Of a stretch of DNA of 64,000 bases, positions 39,772 through 49,887 are shown piece by piece (within the stretch, counting starts at the first letter, position 1; each line of letters opens with the position of its first letter). The stretch comes from Nitrososphaeria archaeon (GTDB lineage: Archaea; Thermoproteota; Nitrososphaeria; JACIWG01): assembly GCA_963760525.1 (NCBI GenBank), contig CAVXDT010000014.1, positions 120,203 through 184,202 of the forward strand, in the 5' to 3' direction. The notes beneath the pieces are model-generated. The model was not told where the DNA came from and ran no database searches. It worked only from the letters and a program-made list of their open reading frames with translations. Made by a program: the position numbers and the translations under genes.

Positions 39772-41001
39772 TTGAAGAATAAGACTGATGATGCTATGAC
39801 AGAGCAAAGGCAAGAATCGTCAGCGAGCGCGACATTTTATCAGCTCGCTAAGGTACTTTACGCGCCCTTCAAGGCATTTAAAGAAATAACTCAGAACCCG
39901 AAGTACCTTGGGCCGATCCTTATACTGATTCTTTTCGTAGCAGCGAACACCGGTTACGGCTATGCCATTCTGTCACGAAGCTACATCGAGAGAACTTTGC
40001 CAAGCTTCGATCCGTCAATCGAGCAGTTTGACGTGTGGACAGAAAACGCAACCCTGTGGGCCTCCGTTCCAAGAACTAACATCACAGAAGACTTTAGCGA
40101 CTTCATAAACAGCAGCTACTATGGGAACAGAAGTATCGCATTTTCAATCGCTGACAGTTCTAAAATCTCCATGGAACTAATGAACATAGGACCTGCGAAT
40201 TGTTCCAGTTTAGATGGTTACAAGAATATGTCTCTGAAGATAAAGGTCGTCCATCCAACGATAGCTCCTTCCAACGCATCCATCTACCTATTCTCAGGAA
40301 ATAACTCAAGCTACTTCTATTATGACCTAAAAGGTGTTCTTTCAGATAATGCTACAAACATCTGGAACAACCTAACGATTCCCCTTGCAACTGAAAGTTG
40401 GGTTAACAAAGATGCAGACTGGAGCGATATCACGGGAATCAAACTGGAGTTCAGCTTGCCCGAAAATTCTAACATAACGATACTTGTTGATGGCTTATTC
40501 TTCCGCGGTGTATTCCAGACTCCCCTTGACACTGACGCAACAGTCTATTTGTCAGTTTACGCATTAACTAGCTTAGTTCAATTCGTATTCCGATGGCTTT
40601 TAATGAGTGGAATAATTTTGATAGTAACAAGAGCTTTTGGAACACAAACAGCTAGGAAACCAATACTTGTTTCGGTTGGCTTCGCTTTTATCCTCTTTGT
40701 CGTGCAGACGCTGGTAAACACAGTCATTCTCCCATCAACCTTGCCAAATCTGTACTATTCACTAGAGTCACTCGGGGGGACTCCAACGGAAATGGAAATC
40801 GCTGCCACCAAGATGAGCGACTTAACTGGGCTCTATTTCAGCATAACAGGTCTTATTCAGTTGGGAATATTCGTTTGGATCGACATCCTATGTGCAATTG
40901 CCACCCGTTTAACGACTGGGTCATCATGGGCCAAAAGTATGATCGCCAGTGCGGTAGCTTTACTTGTCGCCTATTTGATCGGTTTATTTTTCGGTTTCTA
41001 A
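39772..41001 (+). CDS. Yip1-family membrane protein with an inserted extracellular beta-rich domain
   Basis: VLYAPFKAFKEI Yip1 start, several TM helices, soluble insert with WNNLTIPL and DWSDITGIKLEF. Confidence 0.7.
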   Translation: MKNKTDDAMTEQRQESSASATFYQLAKVLYAPFKAFKEITQNPKYLGPILILILFVAANTGYGYAILSRSYIERTLPSFDPSIEQFDVWTENATLWASVPRTNITEDFSDFINSSYYGNRSIAFSIADSSKISMELMNIGPANCSSLDGYKNMSLKIKVVHPTIAPSNASIYLFSGNNSSYFYYDLKGVLSDNATNIWNNLTIPLATESWVNKDADWSDITGIKLEFSLPENSNITILVDGLFFRGVFQTPLDTDATVYLSVYALTSLVQFVFRWLLMSGIILIVTRAFGTQTARKPILVSVGFAFILFVVQTLVNTVILPSTLPNLYYSLESLGGTPTEMEIAATKMSDLTGLYFSITGLIQLGIFVWIDILCAIATRLTTGSSWAKSMIASAVALLVAYLIGLFFGF

Positions 41002-41123
41002 GAAAGCCACAATAAATTGAATTTGCAACGGCATCTATCTTTTCAAACCAAAGACAGAAACAAGCTATCTATTGACAGACTTGAACACCTATATTCTTCT
41101 AGGTCCCAGAATACAAATGTTTT

Positions 41124-42035
41124 CTATTTTATCTTTCTGAACGAGAACATCTTGTCAAAGTTATCAACCCTATATTTCCTAAGGAGCTTATTGGCCTGGC
41201 TTCTTATCCTTTTAGCAAAGTCTTTATCACAGTAGCTTGTCTCATAGAGTTCCTCATATTTCGGTATTAGATTCTGATCGTATGTTTTAAGGAAAATCAT
41301 GAACCTATCTCTTGTCTGTCCACGAAAATTGAGTAGGTCTACGACAGCGTAATCTGCACCCTTGTCTGATACAGTTTTCAGGAGTTCATCCACATCTTCT
41401 TCCCTGTCAGAAATGAATGGCAACAATGGAACTGCGATAACCCCAACCGTGATTCCTGCTTCGTGGAGTTTCTGGATTGTGTTTAGTCGGTCTTCTACAG
41501 TGGCTGCTCGCGGTTCTATCTTCTTCCGTAATTCTTCATCTAAGGTTGGTAAGGTGATTGCAACATTCAGGAAACCTTCCCGTGAAATTTCCGTAAGGAC
41601 ATCGATATCTCTTAATACGAGATTTGATTTTGTAGTAAGTAATAGAGAGTTCTGATGTTTCAAGAATACGTTTAGCAGCTCTCTGGTGATTCTAAATCTA
41701 TTCTCAGCTGGCTGATAGGGATCCGTAACGGTTGCCAGATTAACAGTCAATTTCGTGTTCCATGTCTTTTTAGAAAATTCTCTATCGAGAACTTCAGCTG
41801 CATTATCCTTGATAACGATCCTGTTAGCGAATTCGCCAGTTGAAAGCCCAAGATATTCATGAGTGTATCTTGCGTTACAATACACACAGTTGTGCTCGCA
41901 TCCTCTGTAAGAATTGGTGCCCCATCTAAATGGCAAGAAACAAACGTTGACATAATGTAACATCTTCTTGACTTGAGCGTGTTCGTATACAACTTGGTTC
42001 ACTTTTCCCACGTCTCCGATTAGAATAGGTACCAA
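41124..42035 (-). CDS. SplB-like radical SAM protein (Rv2578c/COG1533 type)
   Basis: YRGCEHNCVYC, TDPYQPAE, TKS, IEP. Confidence 0.88.
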   Translation of the reverse strand: MVPILIGDVGKVNQVVYEHAQVKKMLHYVNVCFLPFRWGTNSYRGCEHNCVYCNARYTHEYLGLSTGEFANRIVIKDNAAEVLDREFSKKTWNTKLTVNLATVTDPYQPAENRFRITRELLNVFLKHQNSLLLTTKSNLVLRDIDVLTEISREGFLNVAITLPTLDEELRKKIEPRAATVEDRLNTIQKLHEAGITVGVIAVPLLPFISDREEDVDELLKTVSDKGADYAVVDLLNFRGQTRDRFMIFLKTYDQNLIPKYEELYETSYCDKDFAKRIRSQANKLLRKYRVDNFDKMFSFRKIK

Positions 42036-42233
42036 ATTCTCCTGGCTTTTAATAACCTTTAAGCAGTAACATGAATCCTTCTACACATCTTCCATTTGGG
42101 AGGGGGGGAATTTGTCTCTCGACTAATCCTCCCTTTATGATTAAATTACATAACGTAATTATGTTATTAATTCTTCGACAATAGCATGTAATTTTTATAC
42201 TCCTACAACGGTCTGCTAGGAATAGGATATGCT

Positions 42234-42668
42234 ATGGGAATGGTCGATATCAGCGGGAAGCCGATTGTGGAAAGGGAAGCTGTCGCTAAGGGGACAATAC
42301 TGCTGAAGCATGAAACGGTTTCTTTGATCAAAGAAGGTAAAGTTGAAAAGGGCGACCCATTTACTATATCAAGAATCTCAGCTATTAATGCTGTCAAGAT
42401 GACATCGAATCTTGTGCCATTTTGTCACCAGATCCCGATAGACAGCGTGAACGTTGATTTCGATGTTAAAGGTTCGTCCATAACAGTTGTAGTTGAAGTC
42501 AAGTCAATTTCTAAGACTGGTGTAGAGATGGAAGCACTTTCTGGAGTCCTTAATGCTTTGCTCAACATATGGGATGTAGTCAAGAAGTATGAAAAAGATT
42601 CATCTGGAAACTATCCGACAACATTGATAGAAAATGTTAAGATAACTAGTAAGGTGAAGCGTCAATGA
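42234..42668 (+). CDS. moaC: Cyclic pyranopterin monophosphate synthase
   Basis: MVDISGK, PFCHQIP, TGVEMEAL. Confidence 0.95.
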   Translation: MGMVDISGKPIVEREAVAKGTILLKHETVSLIKEGKVEKGDPFTISRISAINAVKMTSNLVPFCHQIPIDSVNVDFDVKGSSITVVVEVKSISKTGVEMEALSGVLNALLNIWDVVKKYEKDSSGNYPTTLIENVKITSKVKRQ

Positions 42669-43189
42669 AAAGTTATGAAATTCACAGGTCTTCTTCTGAC
42701 TTCAATCTAAAATGCTCGGTTATAACGGTTAGCACGTCAAGATTCTCTGAAGCCTCTAAGGGGCACAGAATAGATGATATCTCAGGAGTCAAGATTGTGG
42801 AATCGCTTACTAAAAAAGGATATTCGATAGTATCTAGAAAACTAGTTTCAGACGATGTCAGCATGGTCAGAAAGGAGACCCTAAGGTCGATCTATGAAGA
42901 GAAGTGTGATGTGGTCATTCTGACTGGAGGAACAGGCCTAACACATTCTGATGTGACAATAGAGGCGCTTTCACCATTATTTGATAAGGAGCTGGTAGGC
43001 TTCGGGGAGATTTTTAGACTTCAAACTTTTTCTAAGGCAAAGGGGATAGCTCTTATTTCTAGAGCTACAGCAGGAATAATTTCAAAATGTGCGGTTTTTT
43101 GCCTGCCAGGCTCACCTGATGCCATAGAAACAGCGATGGATATAATGATCGACGAATTACCACATATTATAAAACACGCGCGTGAATGA
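42665..43189 (+). CDS. moaB: Molybdopterin adenylyltransferase MoaB/Mog
   Basis: TGGTG...DVT, GFGEIFR, SRATAG, LPGS. Confidence 0.93.
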   Translation: MKSYEIHRSSSDFNLKCSVITVSTSRFSEASKGHRIDDISGVKIVESLTKKGYSIVSRKLVSDDVSMVRKETLRSIYEEKCDVVILTGGTGLTHSDVTIEALSPLFDKELVGFGEIFRLQTFSKAKGIALISRATAGIISKCAVFCLPGSPDAIETAMDIMIDELPHIIKHARE

Positions 43190-44106
43190 AAATGCTATTA
43201 GATTTGTACAATCGCCCCATACACAACCTACGAATATCAGTAACATCAAAATGCAATCTGAAATGTTTCTACTGCCATTCAGAAGGTGTCAAAAATAAGG
43301 ATAATAGGCTAATGTCTATTGACGAAATAACTACACTAGCCCGACTCGCGGTCTCATACGGTGTTAAAACCATCAAACTAACTGGCGGTGAGCCTCTTTG
43401 CAGAGAAGATATAACTGACATCGTCAAAGCTCTCTTCTCGATAGAAGGTTTAGCTGAAATATCTATGGTGACGAATGGATACTATCTTGATAAGTATGCT
43501 CAACGTCTTAAAGATGCAGGGCTAAAGCGTGTAAACGTCAGCCTTCCTACATTAGACCCTGAGAAGTTTAAGAAGATAACAGGAGGTGAACTACAGCCTG
43601 TTATGACCGGAATAAAAAGTGCTGTAGCTGTTGGATTGAATCCAGTCAAAATTAACATGGTTTTGCTAAAAGGAATAAACGATGATGAAGTTGATTCTAT
43701 GATAAGTTTTTCAGCGAAAGCTGGGGTTATGCTTCAGCTAATCGAGCTTGAACCTATCCGAGTCTCTTCAAGGACTTACCGAAAATATCATGAGCAAGTA
43801 GATTCCCTAGAGGAGAAGCTAGCCAGAAGTTCTAAAGCCATCTATTTGAGAGGTGATATGCATAAACGAAAGATCTTCGAAATGGATTCTACCAAAGTAG
43901 AAGTTGTTCACCCGATTGAAAATACGGAATTCTGTTATAATTGTAGTCGTTTAAGGATAACGTATGACGGTCATTTCAAACCGTGTTTAATGAAATCAGA
44001 CGATGATGTTGACGCAAGGAAGTATTTGGAAGATGGTGACTATGATGGGCTGAGAAATGTTTTCTTACAAGCTGTTCTGAACAGGAGACCATTTTGCATG
44101 CGTTAG
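43186..44106 (+). CDS. moaA: GTP 3',8-cyclase
   Basis: LRISVT..CNLKCFYC, TGGEP, FCYNCSRLR...PCL. Confidence 0.95.
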   Translation: MKMLLDLYNRPIHNLRISVTSKCNLKCFYCHSEGVKNKDNRLMSIDEITTLARLAVSYGVKTIKLTGGEPLCREDITDIVKALFSIEGLAEISMVTNGYYLDKYAQRLKDAGLKRVNVSLPTLDPEKFKKITGGELQPVMTGIKSAVAVGLNPVKINMVLLKGINDDEVDSMISFSAKAGVMLQLIELEPIRVSSRTYRKYHEQVDSLEEKLARSSKAIYLRGDMHKRKIFEMDSTKVEVVHPIENTEFCYNCSRLRITYDGHFKPCLMKSDDDVDARKYLEDGDYDGLRNVFLQAVLNRRPFCMR

Positions 44107-44117
44107 AAATTAGGCTT

Positions 44118-44459
44118 CTACTCTATTTGGCTCGCTATATAGAATGCATAGTTTTCTTCTCGTCCTAGACAATTGTTGCAAATGCACAGTGAAGAAGAAT
44201 TATGATAATCGCATTCACTACTGTATTCGCAAATTCTGCAGTCGATATTTGTTTCACAGATTGCACACATCTTGTATATTATCACGTCTTGTTTAATAAC
44301 CTCTGACAGGAATGGGATTAGAAGACTTTTGTTTGTTTCTTCATCTACAAGCATTCCTTTTGACTTGTCATATTTGACTCCAAGGGACATGAGCGTTCTG
44401 AAGTTATCGGTTCCCAATAAAGGAAGCTTGAACCATTTTCCTTCGATGATCTCCATCAT
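44118..44459 (-). CDS. Hypothetical protein with a Cys-rich C-terminal metal-binding domain
   Basis: CAIC-x4-CRIC...C...CICNNC; overlaps the rfcL stop codon. Confidence 0.6.
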   Translation of the reverse strand: MMEIIEGKWFKLPLLGTDNFRTLMSLGVKYDKSKGMLVDEETNKSLLIPFLSEVIKQDVIIYKMCAICETNIDCRICEYSSECDYHNSSSLCICNNCLGREENYAFYIASQIE

Positions 44460-45670
44460 GATTTCACCTTTTTTTCTATGAACGTGCTCAGACTATCATC
44501 AAATCCAGCATACCTCAGATAGTCAGCCACATTCTCTTTTTCTTTTCTGGCCAGGCTAACTAGTAAAGGTAAGTAGAACAACGCGAACTCTCCGACCCCC
44601 ACATGATATTTCTGAAAAACTCTCTCTTTGATCATCCTAAAAACTCTTAATTCAGTCCAATACTTCAGTTTCAAATCCCACAACGGTTCCTCTTCGCTAT
44701 ATCTTAGTCTTTGCCCAAGATTCAAACAATGGATTTTCTCGACGACAGTTCTATCGAACCATCTTAGCATGCGCCATTCTTGGGTGCTTTCCAGCCTTCT
44801 TTCATAGAGAGCTATTTCTGATACAGCTCTTAATGCTCTCCTTCTCTGTTCTCCCTCAAAGTCTGACGCTAAAATGGAATAGAACAAGATCTGCACCTTT
44901 TCTCTCGCATTAGAGTCCATCTTGGAAAATATCTCGTAGACTTTATCCTCGTCTCTTTCACTGAAAAGTGTTAAGATGGCATCTTGTTTTGATATGGTTG
45001 TATCCTTTATTATTTTCAGTTGTTCTATAACATTAGGGATCTCTACTATACTTTGAAGCAGATTTATCGCTGACCTGACATCTCCTCTGCTTTTCTTTGA
45101 GATTTCACCTAATATCTTACGGTGGATTTTCTTTTTCTCCAGTTCAGAGATGTGCTCCAAATATATGAGAATGATTTTTATTGGAACCTTCCTAAAACAT
45201 ATGACATTAGCCCTTCGAGATAGCTTGACAACACTCCCATTAGTTTCGTCGTTTGCAGTAAGTATTATGGGCACAGTAGGTTTTTCCAGTAATTCGTTTA
45301 TGTATTCTGTGCCTCCATAATCGTTCCTTCCATAAATCCCATCTACTTCATCGAAAAGAACCATTCTCTTCTCGTCGAAGAGGTCTGAGCTGCTCAGCGT
45401 TTTTCCTAGCTTTCTTGTAAGGGCTTCCTTTGTGCGAAAGTCGCTTGCATTCAATTCGATTAAAAAGTATCCGAGCTCTTTCGCAGCAGCATATACAGAC
45501 GTGTTCTTTCCAACGCCAGGCGGGCCTACAAGTAGAACGGCCTTGCTTCCCTTTTTCCAATTCTTCATCCACTGGTATAGAGTCCTCCGAGCGTTCTCGT
45601 TGCCTATGATTTTGTTGAACTTGATATCTCTATATTTTTCTGCCCACATTTCTGTTTCCATGGTAATCAC
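44456..45670 (-). CDS. rfcL: Replication factor C large subunit
   Basis: WAEKYR, GPPGVGK, ELNASDFR, DEVDG, GDVRSAIN. Confidence 0.93.
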   Translation of the reverse strand: MITMETEMWAEKYRDIKFNKIIGNENARRTLYQWMKNWKKGSKAVLLVGPPGVGKNTSVYAAAKELGYFLIELNASDFRTKEALTRKLGKTLSSSDLFDEKRMVLFDEVDGIYGRNDYGGTEYINELLEKPTVPIILTANDETNGSVVKLSRRANVICFRKVPIKIILIYLEHISELEKKKIHRKILGEISKKSRGDVRSAINLLQSIVEIPNVIEQLKIIKDTTISKQDAILTLFSERDEDKVYEIFSKMDSNAREKVQILFYSILASDFEGEQRRRALRAVSEIALYERRLESTQEWRMLRWFDRTVVEKIHCLNLGQRLRYSEEEPLWDLKLKYWTELRVFRMIKERVFQKYHVGVGEFALFYLPLLVSLARKEKENVADYLRYAGFDDSLSTFIEKKVKS

Positions 45671-46593
45671 GTTACCACGATTTTTTCTGCGACAAAGGCT
45701 AGAAGTCCCAGAAACATTCCTGCTAAAGCCAACTTTTTAACCTTTAGAGCGTTTCTGACAGAACAATCTTTCAATATCAAATATGAAAGGTATATGAAAA
45801 TAGCGTCAGGTAGAAGTACCATAATTAAGTAGATGTTACCTGCTTGCTTTAAGACATATGGTCCTATGGTACATATTACTGAAAGCGCAAACAAAAAAGC
45901 CCCTATTCTCGCAGCGTTCAGTTCTCCAATGGTGCGTGCTACAGACTTCACATTCCTTATTCGGTCTCCCTTTACATCAACTATTGTCTTTATGACTTCT
46001 CTTCCAGTCACGGCTAGAAAGGATATGGCAGAGAACCAAAGTACTAAAGGAGAGATTCCTTTTAAAATCGCCCACCCTCGTATTCCCATATTTCCTGTCA
46101 AAGATACGATACTGCCATAGATGTAAGGTATGGCCGTTGAAAGTGCAACGGTGGCGTTGCCTATTATTCCATGTTTTTTTAGGTCATAATTGTAAAGCCA
46201 AGATATAAAAGCAAAGGTTGTTGCAATCACAAAACACTCTAAACCAGTTAATATAGAGAAGAATAAGCCTGGGAAAAGCATTGAGAAGGCGTAGATCCAC
46301 GCTACCGTCTTCTTTATGTCACCTGTAACAAGAGGTCTATCCAGCTGATTTATTTTGTCCACTTCAACATCATATATGTCATTAACAATCATTGAGAAAC
46401 CTGAAATAAGAAATCCTGTGAGGAAACCGAAAAGAGTTCCCCATGAAAGGACATAATTTGTAGATGTGAGGATGACCCCTGATATGACTGCTATGCCCAC
46501 AATAGTACTATTCACTGGTCTAATTATTCCAAGATACGCTTTGCTACTTTTTCTTTGCACTAAAGATCGCCTCTGACAGCTGATAGTAAACAA
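45667..46593 (-). CDS. Digeranylgeranylglyceryl phosphate synthase (UbiA family)
   Basis: IRPVN, NDIYDVEVDKIN..RPL, REVIKTIVDVKGD. Confidence 0.9.
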   Translation of the reverse strand: MFTISCQRRSLVQRKSSKAYLGIIRPVNSTIVGIAVISGVILTSTNYVLSWGTLFGFLTGFLISGFSMIVNDIYDVEVDKINQLDRPLVTGDIKKTVAWIYAFSMLFPGLFFSILTGLECFVIATTFAFISWLYNYDLKKHGIIGNATVALSTAIPYIYGSIVSLTGNMGIRGWAILKGISPLVLWFSAISFLAVTGREVIKTIVDVKGDRIRNVKSVARTIGELNAARIGAFLFALSVICTIGPYVLKQAGNIYLIMVLLPDAIFIYLSYLILKDCSVRNALKVKKLALAGMFLGLLAFVAEKIVVT

Positions 46594-47083
46594 GTTCTCC
46601 CCTCCTATCTACTACTGCGACGATTGCTTCCTTTCCCATTTTCTTGATATCTATAATATCGTCGAAAACCTTCTTTACTACAGCATCACTTCCCTCATTC
46701 AGCACAAAGACAACATATTTGGCTATCTTATCCTCATATTGCCCTCTCCCGTAAACTCTAAAATCAACACCAAATCCAAATCCGTCCTTCACTACAAAGC
46801 CTCGGCTTCTTAGATCGCGGTAAACTAGAAACTTGGTCAAAATATTCTTATCTCTACTATGAATAGTCTCCATTAACTGGTCAAAAGACAAAACTCTTCT
46901 CCTACTAAATACATCCAACTTGTTGACATTACACAAATATAACCCCTCACAAAAATTCAGGACGAGCTTTTTTTCTTCCTTATCTCCAAAACCGCTCCCA
47001 TGAAGTTCCTGAGCCAGCTCAAAATCCTCTATAACTATGTTGTCTCTACTTATTGTCCCATGCAACCTCTCTTCTTTTTCCAT
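46544..47083 (-). CDS. endA: tRNA-splicing endonuclease subunit, probably the structural beta subunit
   Basis: EGLYL, FLVYRDLRSRGF, GFGVDFRVY, AVVDRRGELVYY; no His after the VY motif. Confidence 0.85.
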   Translation of the reverse strand: MEKEERLHGTISRDNIVIEDFELAQELHGSGFGDKEEKKLVLNFCEGLYLCNVNKLDVFSRRRVLSFDQLMETIHSRDKNILTKFLVYRDLRSRGFVVKDGFGFGVDFRVYGRGQYEDKIAKYVVFVLNEGSDAVVKKVFDDIIDIKKMGKEAIVAVVDRRGELVYYQLSEAIFSAKKK

Positions 47084-47334
47084 TAATGATTCTCAACACC
47101 ATCGCAGCGCTCTTATAAAAGTTCTCGAATAGGATATATTAAGGAGCAGGGCTTCAGGTGTTCACGAGAGCATTCATTGCCATTTTGGCTCTCAAACTGA
47201 AGAAAAAAAATATGAATTCACTTAAATGTAGCCTGTCATTTTTATTATCTAGGAGACATTTCCAAAAAGTCTATGTCTCGAACGCTCCATAAGAAATAAA
47301 GCTTTTAAAGCGTATTTAGTAAGATTCGGTGTGA

Positions 47335-47637
47335 TTGGTTTTGAAGATTTCTCAGATAAGAGATGGCATGCGAAAAGTTGAAGTTGTTGGGCGGGTTACA
47401 GATAAGCCTGAGCCTCGTGAAGTGATACTTAGAACAATGCAGAAAGCCAGAGTAGCCGATCTGACCATAGCAGACGATACTGGCAAAATTAAGCTAACGC
47501 TATGGGATGACCAAATAGACAAAGTTGATCTAGAAGATACAGTAAAAATAGAAAACGGATATGTGAATAGTTACAAAGGAGAAATACGCCTAAACGTTGG
47601 AAGATATGGGACGATGGAAATCATAGAAAAAGAATAA
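47335..47637 (+). CDS. ssb: Single-OB ssDNA-binding protein
   Basis: IADDTGKIKLTLW, IENGYV..YKGEIRLNVGRYG. Confidence 0.9.
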   Translation: MVLKISQIRDGMRKVEVVGRVTDKPEPREVILRTMQKARVADLTIADDTGKIKLTLWDDQIDKVDLEDTVKIENGYVNSYKGEIRLNVGRYGTMEIIEKE

Positions 47638-47663
47638 AGAGAGAATACAATTCGTAAGTCTAA

Positions 47664-49733
47664 TTACACATTTATTATAGATGCTGAGCCGCATTTAGGG
47701 CATCTTGACGCAGGTGGACTCTTAGCATTACATGTGCCACAAGAAACAAGGTCCTTTCTGATCTTGAACAAACTGAGTTTAGATAAAGCCTGCTGAATAG
47801 TATCTCCGATTTCATGCGTATCCGTCAGCGATGAGATATCCAGAACCACATGGTATCCGCCCTTTGTCCTATCTATTCTAGCCTGCATTCTCCGAAGCAT
47901 ACCATCGTCATTCAAAGCCTTCATGTTCATGACTGGAATCTGAGAATATCTACCTATACCTGTTAAAACTCTATCCTGAGATGTCTTGGAGAAGATTTCT
48001 TTATCAAGTTCATAGAATCTTTCAGCAGACCCATCAACATAAACTGCTGGGCACATCTTTAATCCTATCTTACTCCCTTCATCCTCTACCATCTTTTGCG
48101 TGAAATCAATGAATTTTATCCACATCTTGTTCTGCTCATCTAGGTCCTGCGGAGCAAGATGTCTAGCAACCTCTTCAAGGCCAACCATATTCAATACTAT
48201 CTCCATACTGTTCTTTGGAAAAAGGTCACTATTATACTCGTAAACATAAAGCAGTTTCTTCTCCATCAAATCTATCAGGATGTTCTTACGTGTTTCCATT
48301 ACACCCGATACTTTCTGAAGGGTGACTTTCAGCAGACTCTTAATATATGACTCTTCAGAACCACTATGAAGTAGACGCGGTAAATTTATGGCTAAGGACT
48401 GCAGGACTATCGTACCTGCCGGCTGAATATCATTTTCGTCAAAATACTTTCTTATCCCATGATAAGATGTCGGCTTATCAATTCGGGATCCGAACATAAC
48501 ATTTCCTCCGTTATTAATCGCTTCCAGAAAAAGATCAAGCTTATCATTGAACTTACCTTTATCAAGAACGTTTACCAGAAGATTTATTCTAGGCTTCAAT
48601 GCTCTCTTAAGATAGAGTACGTACGCTTCCATTACTGCTTCTAAGATATCATCCCTAACACCATCTCCAACATTTATCTGAAAACTCAGAGATTTGGTTG
48701 AACCCGGATCTATATTAGAGACAATATTAACTATCATATTGTAAAATATCTTCTTGCTTATTTCCCTCCATTCTTCCTTTCCTCCTGCCGAGGAAACAAA
48801 CTCCAGAAAGTTTTCGATAACAATCTCATCAGATGCCTCATGAAGCATCTTCCTACCAAGCAAACTAAGCTTAGCAAAAGCGGAATCCAAATCACCGACC
48901 TTGTCAAACCTGATCATAGCAGGATCCTTTACCCCAAACTTGGTTTCAGAGCCAATAATCGATGAAGCATCAAAGAACACACTATCAGGCATAATGCCCC
49001 AGCATCCGGAATTAACAATGCTGATATCACCAGAAAGATGCATATCCAAAGCCTCCGAACCGATCTGCGTCAACAAAAGATAATCTGTAAAAACCGCGTC
49101 AGCCGCAGCAAACCTCAAAGAAACAACATCACCCTCAGAAAGACCCGTCTGGTAAATCTTTTCAGTTACATCCTTCACTGGCAAACCCATCCGAGTAAGC
49201 TTATTCCGATACTCGTCCAAACCTTTCTCTACTAAAACAGAATTAACAAGCTCACGAATCAAGGGCGCAGTCAAATGTACGTTCTCCAACTTACTGATCC
49301 TAGACTCAGCCTCAGCAGTAATCTTTGAGGCTAAATCCCGTGGAACATTAGCCTCCCTAATCAGTGACTGATAAATCCTATTAACATCAAACTCTTCAAT
49401 TTTATGCCTGGATGTCCTCACATATATCTTGCCTGAAGACTGCAAAGCCACATCTCTCAACTCACCCGTAACAGATAAAACCATCCTACCAAGAGGCGAT
49501 AGAGAATATTTTCTAGTATTCTTATTCAAACTCATCAAATTAACAGAACACAATAATCTTAAATGGTAAGCAAAACGACCAGACTCTCTTTTTTTGACAA
49601 AGCCACAATTATTCTTCAATTCAGTATAAGACAACGAACCACTCTTGTTCAACTCCCGTAAAATTGACAAACGCTCATTGGAACCTAAAGCCGAATAAAC
49701 TTTCTCGAAATCTACTGGGTCTTCAGACATCAA
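47664..49733 (-). CDS. wHTH + ATP-cone + degenerate class III ribonucleotide reductase (NrdD)-like fusion
   Basis: RLSILREL...SYTEL...FAYHLRLL HTH; VRTS...EEFD...TAPLIRE ATP-cone; HLSGDI, INLPR, GLEE, terminal CxxC...CPKCGS; no glycyl-radical loop. Confidence 0.75.
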   Translation of the reverse strand: MMSEDPVDFEKVYSALGSNERLSILRELNKSGSLSYTELKNNCGFVKKRESGRFAYHLRLLCSVNLMSLNKNTRKYSLSPLGRMVLSVTGELRDVALQSSGKIYVRTSRHKIEEFDVNRIYQSLIREANVPRDLASKITAEAESRISKLENVHLTAPLIRELVNSVLVEKGLDEYRNKLTRMGLPVKDVTEKIYQTGLSEGDVVSLRFAAADAVFTDYLLLTQIGSEALDMHLSGDISIVNSGCWGIMPDSVFFDASSIIGSETKFGVKDPAMIRFDKVGDLDSAFAKLSLLGRKMLHEASDEIVIENFLEFVSSAGGKEEWREISKKIFYNMIVNIVSNIDPGSTKSLSFQINVGDGVRDDILEAVMEAYVLYLKRALKPRINLLVNVLDKGKFNDKLDLFLEAINNGGNVMFGSRIDKPTSYHGIRKYFDENDIQPAGTIVLQSLAINLPRLLHSGSEESYIKSLLKVTLQKVSGVMETRKNILIDLMEKKLLYVYEYNSDLFPKNSMEIVLNMVGLEEVARHLAPQDLDEQNKMWIKFIDFTQKMVEDEGSKIGLKMCPAVYVDGSAERFYELDKEIFSKTSQDRVLTGIGRYSQIPVMNMKALNDDGMLRRMQARIDRTKGGYHVVLDISSLTDTHEIGDTIQQALSKLSLFKIRKDLVSCGTCNAKSPPASRCPKCGSASIINV

Positions 49734-49887
49734 ACCTCACCAATCGACATCCCTGCACTCAACCAATGGCATACAACCAAACAACTAAAAAACTTTAAAC
49801 CAAAATCTCAACTCAAAGACCTAACACCAATGACCACAACAAGTGAACCAAAAAATAAATACACACAAAACACAAGCTCATACCAAC

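Noticed and set aside
35722..42100. Provirus or integrative element at tRNA-Gly(CCC)
   Set aside because: Accessory-looking genes are present, but I found no integrase, capsid or replication gene and no duplicated tRNA 3' end.
48900..49887. Strong A/C-rich strand skew as a replication origin
   Set aside because: Mostly within a coding region and explained by codon bias; no ORB-like repeats or cdc6/orc1 gene seen.
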